The position numbers and the translations under genes are program-made. Source: Rebecca billardiae RCC1528 (lineage: Eukaryota; Protista; Haptophyta). From it: a stretch of 64,000 bases of DNA. A model generated the notes under the pieces. The model was not told the DNA's origin. It searched no databases and saw only the letters and a list, made by a program, of their open reading frames with translations. The stretch lies in assembly GCA_965240325.2 (NCBI GenBank), contig OZ251239.1, positions 1,240,001 through 1,304,000 of the forward strand. The letters are read 5' to 3'. This document shows positions 12,629 to 24,289 of this stretch, piece after piece (positions within the stretch are counted from its first letter, which is position 1; every line of letters begins with the position of its first letter).

Positions 12629-15600
12629 CCTGCGGAATCGGCGGATGCAAATGAAATCGTTGCCGAAAATGCTCGCGAGCTGCTCGGCGGAGCGGCGGCG
12701 CAGGATGCCCTCCACCGAGCGGCCGAGGTAGACGGCGCACCGCCGGCCGAGCGCGGCGCGCGGCGCCTCCACCGTGCCTCCCTCCTCATCCTGTCGCGGC
12801 ACCGCACCGCACCGCGCGGCGCGGCGCGGCGCGGCGCGGCGCGGTGGCGGGGCGGTGGCGGGGCGGTGGCGGGGCGCGGTGGCGGGGCGGCGCGCGCGTT
12901 GGCGCACACTCGCGCGCGCGCGAGCGAGCGCGCACGCGGCTTGGAGCGCTGCTGCCCCTCGCGCTCGGGGGAGGGCCGCGCCGGGCCCTGCGCCCCGCGT
13001 GCGCGCGTGTGCGCCCCGCGTGCGCGCGTGTGCGCACGGCTGGCCGGGAGGGGGCAGGGCGGGGCTGGCGCTGACGCCCCGGCTGCGCGCGGGCGGCCCC
13101 GGCTGCGCTTGCGCGCGCGTGCGAACACACACGCGGCTGGCAGGCGCCGGGTGGCGCGCCGACGCATCGGTCGGTCCGGCGACGGCGCGCGCCGGCTGAG
13201 TGGGCCTCCGGCAGGCGCGCGCGCGCATAGACCAATAAAAACAAAAGTAAACCGCCCCCAAAACCCAACAAAAGAAAACAAATGCGCACGCACCTCAAAC
13301 ACTTCGTTCGAAAAGAAATACGTCCCTCGCATCGGGAAGTTGTGCTCGAACGCGGCGAATGGCGGCGTGAGGAGACGGCCGCGCACGCTGCCGCACGGCA
13401 GGGCACGCTCCTCGAGCAGGACGGCGTGCGCGGCTGCGTGCAGCGCGCGCGGCGGCGGTGTGGGCGACGAGGCGGCGCCAGGCGGCGCGGGCGGCGCGCC
13501 GGGCGGCGCGGGCCAGGCGCTCGGCACAGGCTCGGCCGCCGCGGGCGCGCCGCGTGCCTCCGCGCCCGCGGCGGCGGCGACATCGGTGCACGACGCCGGC
13601 GGCGACGCGCGAGCGTGCTGCGCCGCGGGCGGTGGCGCGGCGAGCGGCGGCGCGGGCGTGCACTCTGCCACACTCGGCGGCAGCTCCGGCGAGGCGCGCC
13701 GCACGGCCGAGCGCGCGACGAGCCAACCCCAGCGCACCACAAACAGACCGGCGCCGTCGTCGCGGCCCGCGGCGGCGGCCGACGGCTCGGCCGCGGCGCC
13801 GTCGCGCTTCGTATCTGTCGCCGCTCCGCCAGCGGCCGCGGACGTCGCCGCCGCCGGGCGCGCCGCCGCCGCCTCCACCTCAGGCACGAGCTCAATCGTC
13901 ACCGCCGCCGCCGCCGCACCGCCGCCGCCGCCTCCGCCGCCGCCGTCGTCGTCGCGGCGGGCGCGCGCCGCCGCCGGCCGGGCGGCCGGGGCGCCGGTAC
14001 TGGTGCTGGCGCCGAGCGGCGTGCTGCCCTCGGCGGCGGCCGGCGCGCCCGGCGGATCGCGCTCGGCCGCGGCCGCCGCCTCGTACGCCAGCGCGGGCGC
14101 GCGAGGCTCGACAGCCACGCCCGCGCTCGGCGGCGCCAGGGCCGCGACGGCGGCGGCGCGGCCCGGCGGCGCGGCGGCCGCGGCGGCCGCCGCGTCGCGC
14201 GCCGCCTGCCCAACCTCTGCGTTCGCCCTCGCCGCCTTCAGGTCGTGCAGGCTGGCGAGGCGGTAGTGGCAGCCGGCGGCGAGCGGGCACTCCGCGCAGC
14301 TCGGCACCTCCGCGCACAGGATCGCGCCGTGCGTGATCATCTGCACATGCGCTCGGAACAGCAGCTCCACGATCTCGAGCTCTGTGATCTCGGCGCGCGA
14401 GATTGCGGCGGCGCTCGCGGCCGTGAGTGTCTCTTCGACGAAACTCTGGGCGCGCACCGAGTAGCGCTTGAGCGCGGGGGGCACGTCCTCGATCTCGAGG
14501 GCCGAGATCGACGTCCACGGCCCGCGCAGCCGGATCGGCTGCTGCGGCGGCGGCGGCTCGGCGGACGCGGACGCGCCGCCGCCGCCGCCGCCGCCGCCGC
14601 AGCCAAAGGGCGGCGGCGCGCCGCGCGCGGGCGCGAGCGCGCCGCGCACAGGCGACTGGAGTGAAGGGTCGGGCTCGGCGGGCTGAGCGGCCGCGCTCGT
14701 CGAGGGCGCGGCGCGCGCGGCGGTGGTGCCTGCCGGCGGCGCGTGTGGCTGGGTAGCCGGGTTGGCGTTGATGGGCGCGGCGGCGTGCGCGTGCGGCGGC
14801 GGCGGCCATGCTGGCAGCTGCGCTGCGGCGCCGCCAGCCGCCGCCTCCGCCGCCGCCTCCGCGCTCGCCTCCGCGCCCGCCTCCGCGCCCGCCTCCGCGC
14901 GCGCCTCCGGCTCGGCGTCGTCGCGCGCAGAGGCCGCCCCCGACTCCGCCGCGCGCCGCGCGAGCTCGAGTCTCGTCGCGTCGCACACGTGGTACGCCCG
15001 ATGCACTCGGCAGAACAACCGCGGCGTCGCCTCGATGGCGATGCGAGCGCTTGGCGTCGCGCGACGGAACAGCTCGGAGCCGAGGTCGCTCGCGCGGGGC
15101 AGAGGCTGGGGCGGCGCGGCGGCGGCGCGGCGCGGCTCGGCCGCGTGCGGCGCGAGTATGAGCGCGCCGCACCCCGGCGGCCCCAACGCGGTGGCGACGC
15201 CGCCGCCGTGGGCCGCGGCGGCGACGACGGCAGTGGGGAGGGCGGGGGTGGCGCACGGCGCGCTGAGCGCGGCTCCTGTGACAGACATCGGCATAGGCAC
15301 CGCTGGCGACCCGCTCGGCGGCAGCGGCGCCGCCATCGAGCAGTCGCCGCCGCCAGCCGCAGCCACGAGCGCGAACGCGCCGTCGGCCGCGCCGCCGCCG
15401 AGCCCTCCCGCCGCCGCCGAGCCCGCCGCGGGCGCGCTCGGCGCAGCCGCGACCTGGCTCACCGCCGCCGCCGCCGCCGGCGCACCGCAGTGTTCGGTGG
15501 TTGGCCTGAGCGGCGCTGGCGGCGGCCGTCGGTCCGGCGGCGGTGCGTGCCGCGCGCTGGGCGGCGCGACGCGCACGCTCGCGAGCGGCACGAACGTGCA

Positions 15601-15681
15601 TGGGTCGAATGCGACAGCCCTGCCATCGCTCAGGGCCACCAGCGCCGCGGCCGGCAGCGCGGCGGCGGCAGCCATATTGTT

Positions 15682-15713
<32 letters not shown>

Positions 15714-18700
15714 GCGCCGCGGCGCGCGGCGCGCCGCCGCCGCCCGCGGGCGCGCGGGCGCGCAGCGCGGTGCACACGCGGTGTATGCACACGCTCTTGC
15801 GCGTGCCCTGCCCCCCGAAGCGTGGCTTGTCCAGGCAGCTCGCGCACTGCCCGCAGTCCGCACGCGCGCAGCCTTGGCACACGCCACACCGCGCGCGCCG
15901 CACGCGCGCGCCGCCGCCGGGCGGCGCGGCCGAAGTCATGCTCGCCTCCGGCCGGTTGTCGGCCAGGCTGCCTGCCGGGAGCGGCCCGGACACTGCGGCG
16001 GAGGCGATGCTCGGCGCCGCCGCCGCGAAGCAGCCCTCCGCCGGCCCGCCGGGCGGAGGCTGCGCCGACGGGCCGCACGGCGCGGAGGCGTCCGCGCCCG
16101 CCGCGGCCGCGGCCGCGGGCGCGGCTGCTGGTCCCTCTGGGTGACGCGCGGGCGGGTGCGCTGCGGAGGCGTGCGCCGCGGACATCGGCGTCGCAGCCGC
16201 CGCGCCGAGCGCCCCGCCATCCGAGCCCGCGCGGCCCGAGCCCGCCGCCGCCGCACGCGGCGCGGCTGCGCCGTGCTGCGCTGCCCCTGCACTGAGGCGC
16301 GCGTCGGCGCGCGCCGGCGGCGCGCCGGCGAGCTGCGCGACAGCCGCGGCCGGCGGCGCGGGGCCGGCGGCGCGCCACGCGGGCTGCACCTCGGCTCCGG
16401 GGCGAGGGTGTGGCGTGTGCAGGCCCGACCAGCCCGCGGCAGGCTCGGGCCCGACGGCGCCGCCCGGCAGCGGCGTCGCGCGTGGCGGCACCACGGCCGC
16501 TGCTTCGCGCGCCGACGCGCCCGCCGCCGCGCCGCCAGACGGCGGCGCGGCGGGCGCGCCGCGAGCGAGCGCGCAGCGCGCGGCGGGCGGCCGCGGGCTC
16601 GGCGTGCGCATGAGCACGGCCGCGGCTTGGACGGGCGCGCGCGGCGGCGAGAGCGCAGCCGAGTCCGTCTCCATCGGCGTGGGTGCTGCGCGCGCCGTCG
16701 CCGCCGCGCCCGCCGTTGCCTCGGCGGGCGGCGCGCGCGCGGCAGTCGCTGCCAGCTCAGCACTCGCCGCCGCCGCCATCACTTCCCCCGCGGCGGCCGC
16801 CGCCGTCGCCGCCGTCGCCGCCGCCACCGTTGTGTCCATGCGCTCGCCGAGCGCCCTGTCGGCTGCCGGCGCGCACGGTGGTGGCGGCGGCGGCATCGCC
16901 GCGTCCGCGTGCGCGGCGGCAGCCGGCGGGTACGCGCTCGGCGGCGACGCCGCGAGCGCCCGCGCATCCTGCGGCGCCTGCGGCGGCGGCGGCGGCGGTG
17001 GCATCAGCCGCAGCGGTGAAGGAGCGCCGCCACACGCGCCGCCGGTGGCCGCAGCGCCCGGCGGCAGCGGCAGCGCGGGCGGCTTCGGCGGCGCGACCGC
17101 GCGGGCGGGTGGCACGCGCACCGGCCCGCCCGCCCCGCCCGCGCCGCCGCCCGCCGCCCCCTTCGCCTCCCGCTCCGAGCGATGCTCGCCCTGCGCGAGC
17201 ACGCGCCGCGAGCCGCCGCCAAGCGCATCGACGGGGTCTGCGCCGATCGGAGTGAGCCAGCCGAGGCGCGTCATGACGCGGAGCACGTTGGCGTCGACGG
17301 CGAAGTCGACGCGGCGGAGGCGGTAGAGCACGAGGCACGCGATCGACTTGCGCGAGATCCCGGCGTACTGCATCAGGTACGCGCGCACCCGCGGCGTCGG
17401 CCAACTGTCGAGCGCCTCCAGACACGTTCTGCCCATGGTTGCGTGCACGCCTTTTAGAAACGCGAGAATGCGCTCGGCCTTGATGTGAAAGTACGGGCCG
17501 TGGCAGATGAGCGGCTCGATGTCCGCGGGCGCGCACCGGCGCACCGCGTCCCAGTCCGGCTCGCGCGCGCGCGGCGCCACGCTCAGCGACAGCCGCACCC
17601 GCCCGCCGCGCTCGACGCGCACGGCCGCGCGCGCGGCCGCACTCGGCGGGAAGGCGGCGTAAAAATTCGCATACGAAACGGAAGACCACGAGTTTCTGGT
17701 GTTCTGCGCGCAGATGAGCCCGATCAGCGTGCCGATCACCGAGGTGTGCCACGGGCGCGAGATGTGCGCGAGCGGGCCGTACACGCGGTCGAGCGCCGCC
17801 GAGAACGCGCGGAACGTGCCGAGCGCGTTCGCCGCGCTCAGCGCGCCATCGGGTCGCGCGCTCGCCAGCGCAGCCGTCTCGGCGCGCAGCGCTCGGAAGG
17901 CACCGCGGTGGTCGATGCGCGCGGGGCGGGAGGGGGCGGCGGCGGAGGCGGGGCCGACGCGCATCGGGAGCGGCGTCGCGCTGCCCAGCGCGCGAGCCAG
18001 CGCGCCGGCGAGCACCACCGCCATGCCGCCCGACCCGGCGCCGGCCGTGCCGTCGGCGCCGTCGGCGGCGCCGCGGCCGCGCGCGCCCGCTGCCGCGACG
18101 ATTAGCGCTCGCGACGACGGCGGCGGAGGCGCCGCCGCCGCGGCCGGCGCCGCGGCCGGCTCCGGCGGCGTGCTCGCTCCGCCCGCAAGCGCCTCGGCGA
18201 GGGCGGCGGGGGCGGCCGGCGGCGGCATGGCGGCGTCGACGGGCCCCGCCGACGCCGCGTGCCGCCCCGCGCCGTGCGCCGCTCCGAGCGGCGAGGCCGC
18301 AGCCGCCGCCGCGCGCGCCTCGGCCGCGCCGCGCGCGTCGTGGGCCGCGGGCGGCGGCTGAGGCGGCGGCGGCGGCGGCGGTGCGGGGACGGCGCGCGCG
18401 CGGACGCGCAGGCGGACGCGTGGCAGCGCGCGCGGCGCGCGCGCGCCCACGGGCTCCCCCTGCGCCACCGAGCCCGCGCGTGCGCCCGCCGAGCCATCGG
18501 CGGCGGCGGCGCCCGCACCGCTCGCAACGGCAAGCTCCGCGCAACACGGCTGCTGCCGCCGCCACGCCGCGTGCGCGGTGCGCACGTGCGCGCGCCACCG
18601 CTCGGGCGCGACGGCGCCGAGCGCGCGGCCCGACGCATCGACCTCGAAGAGCGCGTCGAGCCGGAGGCCGAGCAGCCGCTCCCACCCGAGATTGCTCGAG

Positions 18701-20886
18701 GGCGCGCCGATCTCCCCGCCGAGATTGCTCGAGGGCGCGCCGATCTCCCCGCCGAGATTGCTCAAGGGCGCGCCGATCTCGGCGCCGAGATCGGCCGAGC
18801 GCGCCCAATCCGCACTCGCCTGCGCGGCTCCAGCGCGCGCGCCGGTGGCGGCCGCGGCGGAGGGCGGCGCCAGCTGTGGCGCCGAGGGCCCCGCGCCATC
18901 CGCCGGCGGATCCGACGCCTCGGTGGCCGCGTGCGCCCCGGCGGCGGCCCGCGCCCCGACCGCGCATGCCGCAGCGCCGGGCGGCCGCGCGCCGCCCAGT
19001 CCCAGCCCGTCTCCGCCGCCCTGCTTGGCGCCGTGCCTGGGGCGCGCGCGCGCGCGCGGCGAGGGCTCGCCGCCGGCGAGCGCGAGCAGCGCCGGCAGCC
19101 GGCGGCGCTTGATCGGCCGACCGGCCGCGGAGTGCGCGCCGCTCCAGCCGCACGCGCCGCCGGCCGCCGCGCCGCCGCCGGCCGCCGCGCCGGTCGGGGC
19201 CTCATTCGCCTCCGCCTCCTCCGCCTCCGCCTCACACAGCGGGCAGGCGTAGGCGTGCGCGCTGCGGCCGAGGGCGGCGAGCTCGGCCGGGCCGAGGCCC
19301 GCGCACAGCGCGTGCACCCACAGCTCGCAACGGTCGCAGCACACCATCGCCCAGTCCTCCTCCGCACACGCTGTCGAGTTGGCGGCGGCGGCGGCGGCGG
19401 CGGCAGAACCTGCCGCGTCGGCGGCGGCTGCGGCGGCGGCTGCGGCGGCGGCGGCGGCGGCGGGCTGCGTGGACGGCGGCGATGGCGGCGCTGAGCGGGC
19501 GCAGCCGGCCGCGCGCGCGGTGCCGGCGTGCGCAGCCGCTGCGCCCGCCCCTGCGCCCGCGCCCGCCGCCGCCGCCGCCGCCTCGGCGCCTCCGCCGGTA
19601 CGCACCCCAGGCAGTGCCCACAGCTCCAGGCAGACGGGGCAGTACTCGCGCGCGCGCCACCGGGCGGCGCACGGCGCGCACGCGTGGATCAGGCCGCGGC
19701 CGGGCACCGTGCACGGCTGCACGCGGCACGCGGGCGGCTGCGCGCCGCCATTCGCCCGCCGCGCCTCCGCGACGCCGGCACCGCCGCCGCCACCGCCGCC
19801 GCCGCACGATTCGCACGCGCGGCCGGGCGGCGCGCGCGCAGGGTCACACGCGGGGCAAAGGTATTCGGTGCCGCCCTCGAGGCGCACGAGGGCGGCGGCG
19901 TCGAGCCCGTCGCACGCCGCGTGCACCCACATCGCACACCCGTCGCAGCACGCCATCTCCACCGAGTCCGGCGCCCACGCCGCCGCGCACACCGGACAGT
20001 ACGCCCCGGCCGCGTGCGCGCGCGCGCACGACTCGCACAGCAGCAGCCGCCCGTGGTCCGGCACCGCGGCGGGGCGCAGCCCGACGGCGGCGTGGGGCGA
20101 GCGCGGGGGGCAGACGGCGCAGCGCCGCGCGCGGCGTTTGGCGCTCGCGCCCGTCGCCGCGCTCGATGCGCCGCGCTTGCACGCGCCCTTGCTCTCCGCA
20201 GCCGCGGCCGGCGGCGGCGCCGCCGTCCTGGGCGGCGCGCGTGACGCAGCGGCGCCGACGCGCGCGCGCGCGGCGCCGGCAGAGGCCGAGGACGGCGCCT
20301 CGGCTGCGCGCGGGCGTGCGGCCGCGCGGGGCCCGTCGGCGCGCGCATCGCCGCGCCGTGCGCCTCCGATGCGCCCACCACGCGCGTGAGCGGGCCCGGC
20401 CTTCTCCGCGGCGGCGGCGGCCGCGCTCAGAGCCGCCCGCCAGCGCTCGGCTTGCAGCGCCACTCGCGCGACCTTGCCGTCGTCAAACTTGATCGTGCGC
20501 CGCGCGCGGGCGGCGTGCTGGGCGGGGTCGCCCGGCGGCGCGTCGAGCACCACGCCGGCGAGCCAGCCGCGCGGCTCCCCGCGCCAGACTTGAATGCGAG
20601 CGCCAAGACTCGGCTGCTCGCGCGCGCCGCCGCCGGCCGACGCGCGCCGCGTGGCAGCCTGGAGCTGCGGGGCGATGGGGTCGGCGGTCTCGGCGTCGGA
20701 AAACTTGCGCGGGGCGTGCCGCGCGCGAGGCGGCCGAGGCGCCGCGCTGCTTCGGAGCAGGCGCATGGGCACGCGGCGGGGTCGTGAGTCGATGACGATG
20801 GACGGCTGAGCCCGGGGAAAGACGGGCCCGAGCTTGCGGGCCGAGCCTTTTGCGGTGACGGCCGGGCGCGAAAGCCCTGCACGCAT
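11324..20886 (-). CDS. DEMETER/ROS1-like 5-methylcytosine DNA glycosylase/lyase with Tudor, two PHD, CXXC, HhH-GPD, 4Fe-4S and DME-type RRM domains, and a probable C-terminal J-like domain
   Basis: HhH-GPD (SVIGTLIGLICAQNT...GISRKSIACLVLYRLRRVDFAVDANVLRVMTRLGW) with catalytic K (17347-9) and D (17293-5). FeS motif CAEVPSCAECPLAAGC at 14269-14316. DME RRM VRGRLLTPPFAAFEHNFPMRGTYFFSNEVFE|DEE..AVYLGRSVEGIL..FICIRRFRR|ADKRLLPL across GT-AG introns 12791-13293 and 12208-12629. The last exon (11324-11953, HPDKGG) needs a GC-AG intron at 11954-12110, which is less certain. Start is 20886 or 20766. Confidence 0.88.
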
Positions 20887-21201
20887 CAGGTACGTGAGTC
20901 GCCCGGTCGGACGAAACTTGGTGACGACCGGAGTGCTGGACTACCGCCTTTGGCCGGACCGCCTCACCTTTTGTCGCTGCAGACCGCCTGCAGTGCAGAG
21001 CCGCACCGTGTACGCCCGTCTCACAGTATGATCGTCAGCAACGCGACAGCGACAGCGTTGGCCATTGATTCCAAGGGCGTTGAGCTCAGTGGCAGCTGCC
21101 TGCCGCAGCTCGGGGGCTCGGGGCTGGGCGAGACCGACGGATCGGTCAGCTATGCCTTCCGTCGTCGGACTTGGCGCGCCGCGCTGTGCGTGCGCAGCGA
21201 C

Positions 21202-21891
21202 TCAGACGCCGCGCTTCTGCCGCTTTGCACGAGGCTGCTCCGCCTCGGGCTCAGCAGCCTTGTCGTCGTCGTCGTCGTCGCCACCGCCGTCACCGCTGCC
21301 ATCGTCGTCGTCGTCGTCGCTGCCGTCGCTGTCGTCGTCGCTGTCCTCCTCGTCGTCGCTGCCCTCCTCCTCCTCCTCGTCGTCGTCGTCGTCTCCCTCG
21401 GTCGCGTCGCCTTCCTCCTCGCCCTCCTCATCGCTCTCCTCCTCGCCCTCGTCCTCCTCCTCGCCCTCGTCCTCCTCCGCCTCCTCCTCCTCGTCCGCCT
21501 CCGGCTCAGGCCGGCCATCTGCTACCCACTTCTCATAGTCCTTGAGCGGCAGCGGCTCGGGCGTGCCCACGGCGTCATCGGCGGTGCGCACGAGCACCAC
21601 GTCGCCCTTGATCGCCGCCTCGAACGAGCTCTCGGGCAGCGTGTGCCGGTTGCGCTTCCCCGTCGCGCCGTCCTTGCCGACCGCCTGCACGTTGAGGGCG
21701 CGGATGGCGCCCACGACCGTCGGCGTGCCCTTGAGCAGCTCGCACACGTTGCGGTGGTCGATCGAGACCTCGGTGCAGGTGCCGTCGGCCTTGAGGACTA
21801 CGGCGAGGACCGCGGCCGACGGCTTCGACATGACCGCGGTGGCGAGCGCCTGCGCGGCGACGTTTGCCGGTGCACCCCGCGTCTTGGCCAT
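21202..21891 (-). CDS. Small globular domain (DUF5880-like) with a long acidic tail and basic C-terminal NLS; histone-chaperone-like architecture
   Basis: Clean 229-aa ORF: AVVLKADG..NRHTLPESSFEAAIKGDVVLVRT..LKDYEKW, then about 80 aa rich in D/E and AKRQKR. Family assignment is from memory of the motif only. Confidence 0.65.
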   Translation of the reverse strand: MAKTRGAPANVAAQALATAVMSKPSAAVLAVVLKADGTCTEVSIDHRNVCELLKGTPTVVGAIRALNVQAVGKDGATGKRNRHTLPESSFEAAIKGDVVLVRTADDAVGTPEPLPLKDYEKWVADGRPEPEADEEEEAEEDEGEEEDEGEEESDEEGEEEGDATEGDDDDDEEEEEGSDDEEDSDDDSDGSDDDDDDGSGDGGGDDDDDDKAAEPEAEQPRAKRQKRGV

Positions 21892-22026
21892 GACTCTCCG
21901 CTCGCGACCAGGCTTTCGGCACGCGCGTGGTGCCTTTCAGCTTGACCAACGGTCTCCACTCTCCACCGCCGCCGGACGTGTGCAGCCGGACCGGCCTCTT
22001 GACGAAGCGAGGCGGAACCACACAAC

Positions 22027-23258
22027 ATGGCGCCATGGCGGCGCCAGGCGTGCACGAGAGCGGTACTGTATTGTAGGGGGCCGCGCGGCAAAGCGCTCCT
22101 CCTAACGGCCGCACTCGTGCTCCACGCCCGCGCGGCCGCGGCGGCCGCGGACACCGATGCATGCGCGCGGCTGCGCGCGGCGAACAACCGCATGCTGATC
22201 GTCGCCGAGCGCGGCTCCGTGCTCGAGACGGTGCACGCGGGCGCGCTGCACCGCGCGGGCTGGGACGTGGGCTTTGTGCTGTGGACGACGGCTGGGCCCG
22301 GCTCGCCGACGATGGCCTCCTCGCGCTCGATCATCGCGGAGGCGGGCCGGCCGATCACGTTCCTCAGATTCCTGTGGCAGCAGCCGACGGGCGCACAGCT
22401 CATTGACGCCGTCAGCGAGTTCCGCCCGTCGCTTGTGCTCGGCGCGAACGTGCGCGCGATGGCGCTGCTCGAGGGCGCGGTGAGGGCGCTCGAGGGCAGG
22501 CCGGCCAGCGCGCCGCGCCGCGAGGCCGCCGCTCGCATCCGCTGCTCGCTGCCCGCGCCCTCCGCCGCGCTGAACGCGAGCGGCGGCGCATCGCTCGCCG
22601 TGTCCAAGTCAGGCGCTCTGCTGCTGGCGCAGCGCGCAGGCGTGCGCATGCCGTGGACGCTGTACGTGCCGCCCGAGGGCCTGGGCGACCGCGAGGCCGC
22701 GGAGGCCGAGAGGCGCGTGCCGGTGTACGTCAAGTCAGACCGCGACGGCGGCGGGAAGGGCGTGAAGTGGTGCACGTCCGCGGCGTGCGTGCGGCGCGCG
22801 CTGCGCGGCGCGCGCGGCGCGCCCGCGGTGCTGCAGGCGCGCGCGGACGGTCCCCTGGTGTCGGTGGTGGGCGCGGCGCTGGGCGGGCGCGTGCTCGGCG
22901 CGTTCGCGCGGCCGGTCGTGCTCACGCAGGGCGGCAGGCTCGGCTCGAGCCTCCTGCAGACCAGCGTGAACCACCCGGGCGCGCTCGCGCAGGCGAGCGC
23001 GCTCGCCGCGGCGCTCGGCGTGACCGGCTTCTGGGCGGCTGATTTTGTGGTGGTCGGCTGCGCGGCGGGCGCGGGCGCAGGGGCTGCGGGCGCGGCCGAC
23101 GCGGCGGGCGTGGGCAGCGCCGCCCGGGGCGGCGAGGCCCTGCTGATCGACCCGAACATGCGCTTCAACACCAACGCGCTGCTCGACGGCGCCGCGCTCG
23201 GGATCGGGGTCGGCCTGGCCGAGCGCCTGCTGCACGCCGCACTCGGCGAGCCCGCGCT

Positions 23259-23309
<51 letters not shown>

Positions 23310-24015
23310 GCCGGCCGACGCGGGCGTGGCGGCGGGCGTGGCGGCTCCGAGCGGCGGGCAGCAGGCGAGCGCGCGACCGACGTGGCCGTCGCGTCCGGCC
23401 TCGCCGGACGCCCCGCCGTCGCCTGCCCCGGCGGCGCTCTTGCCACTGCCGCACTCGCTCACGTACGCGCGCTTCTCCCCGGGGTACCTCTCCAAGCACG
23501 GGCTGCCGACCCAGTTCTTCTGCGCAGACGTTTTCGTGCCGATACCGGTGGAGATGCCGAACACGACGCGGGCGGTGACGCGCGCGCGGGTGCGCGTGGA
23601 CGCGGGCGCGTGCACGCTCAGCGCCGACGGCGGCGCCGCCGAGCGCGCGCGGCCGCTTGCTCCGGGCGCGCCAGCCGGTGGCAGGGCCGTGTCGTCAGGC
23701 CCTGCGCTGCGCCAGATGTGCGCGGGCCCGGCGGCGCCTTGCGTTGGCCGATGCACGCCCCTCGCCACGCGCACGCCGGCACTCACGGTCTGCGAGGCGG
23801 TCGCCACCGTGTGCACGCGCGAGTGGCTGCTGGCGCACACCAAGCCGTGCGAGCCAGCCGGTGCGCAGCGCGTGGCTGGTGCTGCCTCGGCCCGCCCCGG
23901 CGCGCGAGGCGGCGCCGCGCGCTCCACCTCGACGGTCGCCGCCTTCTGCGGCGGCGGCTCGCTCCGGTGCCGCGGCTCGGGTCAGTGCACCGTGGACGGC
24001 CTCACAGGTGGCTGA
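22027..24015 (+). CDS. ATP-grasp fold protein with an N-terminal signal/TM segment
   Basis: SKSGALLLAQRAGVRMPWT, VYVKSDRDGGGKGV, VLQARADG, GFWAADFV and LLIDPNMRF follow the ATP-grasp motif order; hydrophobic ALLLTAALVL near the N-terminus. Confidence 0.65.
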
Positions 24016-24289
24016 CGACGGCTGATCGGTCGTGAAGATCGATCACTAGATGTCCTTCTAATTAAGAGCGCAGTAGCTTACCCCGTACTCATCTGTCTCA
24101 TAGGTTAATAGGTACGGGTACCTGGCTGTGGAGTCGTTCTCTAAACGACGGTTGGGCGGCGGAGAGTCCGGGAACACCGGACAGTTTGGAACGCTCTGCT
24201 TGGGCTGCACGACTGCAGGCGGCGGAAGCGCGTTGGGGCCCGGCGAGGAGTCGCGCGCGTGGATTTCAACGGCCGCGTGCGCCGCACTC

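Noticed and set aside
12301-13293. C-terminal part of the 2861-aa ORF after NEVFE
   Set aside because: Read-through into intron sequence; the DME RRM continues in other frames via canonical splice sites.
18684-18792. 33-bp tandem repeat (GEIGAPSSNLG) in DEMETER exon 1; also small tandem repeats at about 7774-7895, 36490-36627 and 47291-47325
   Set aside because: Ordinary local slippage duplications with no evidence of function.
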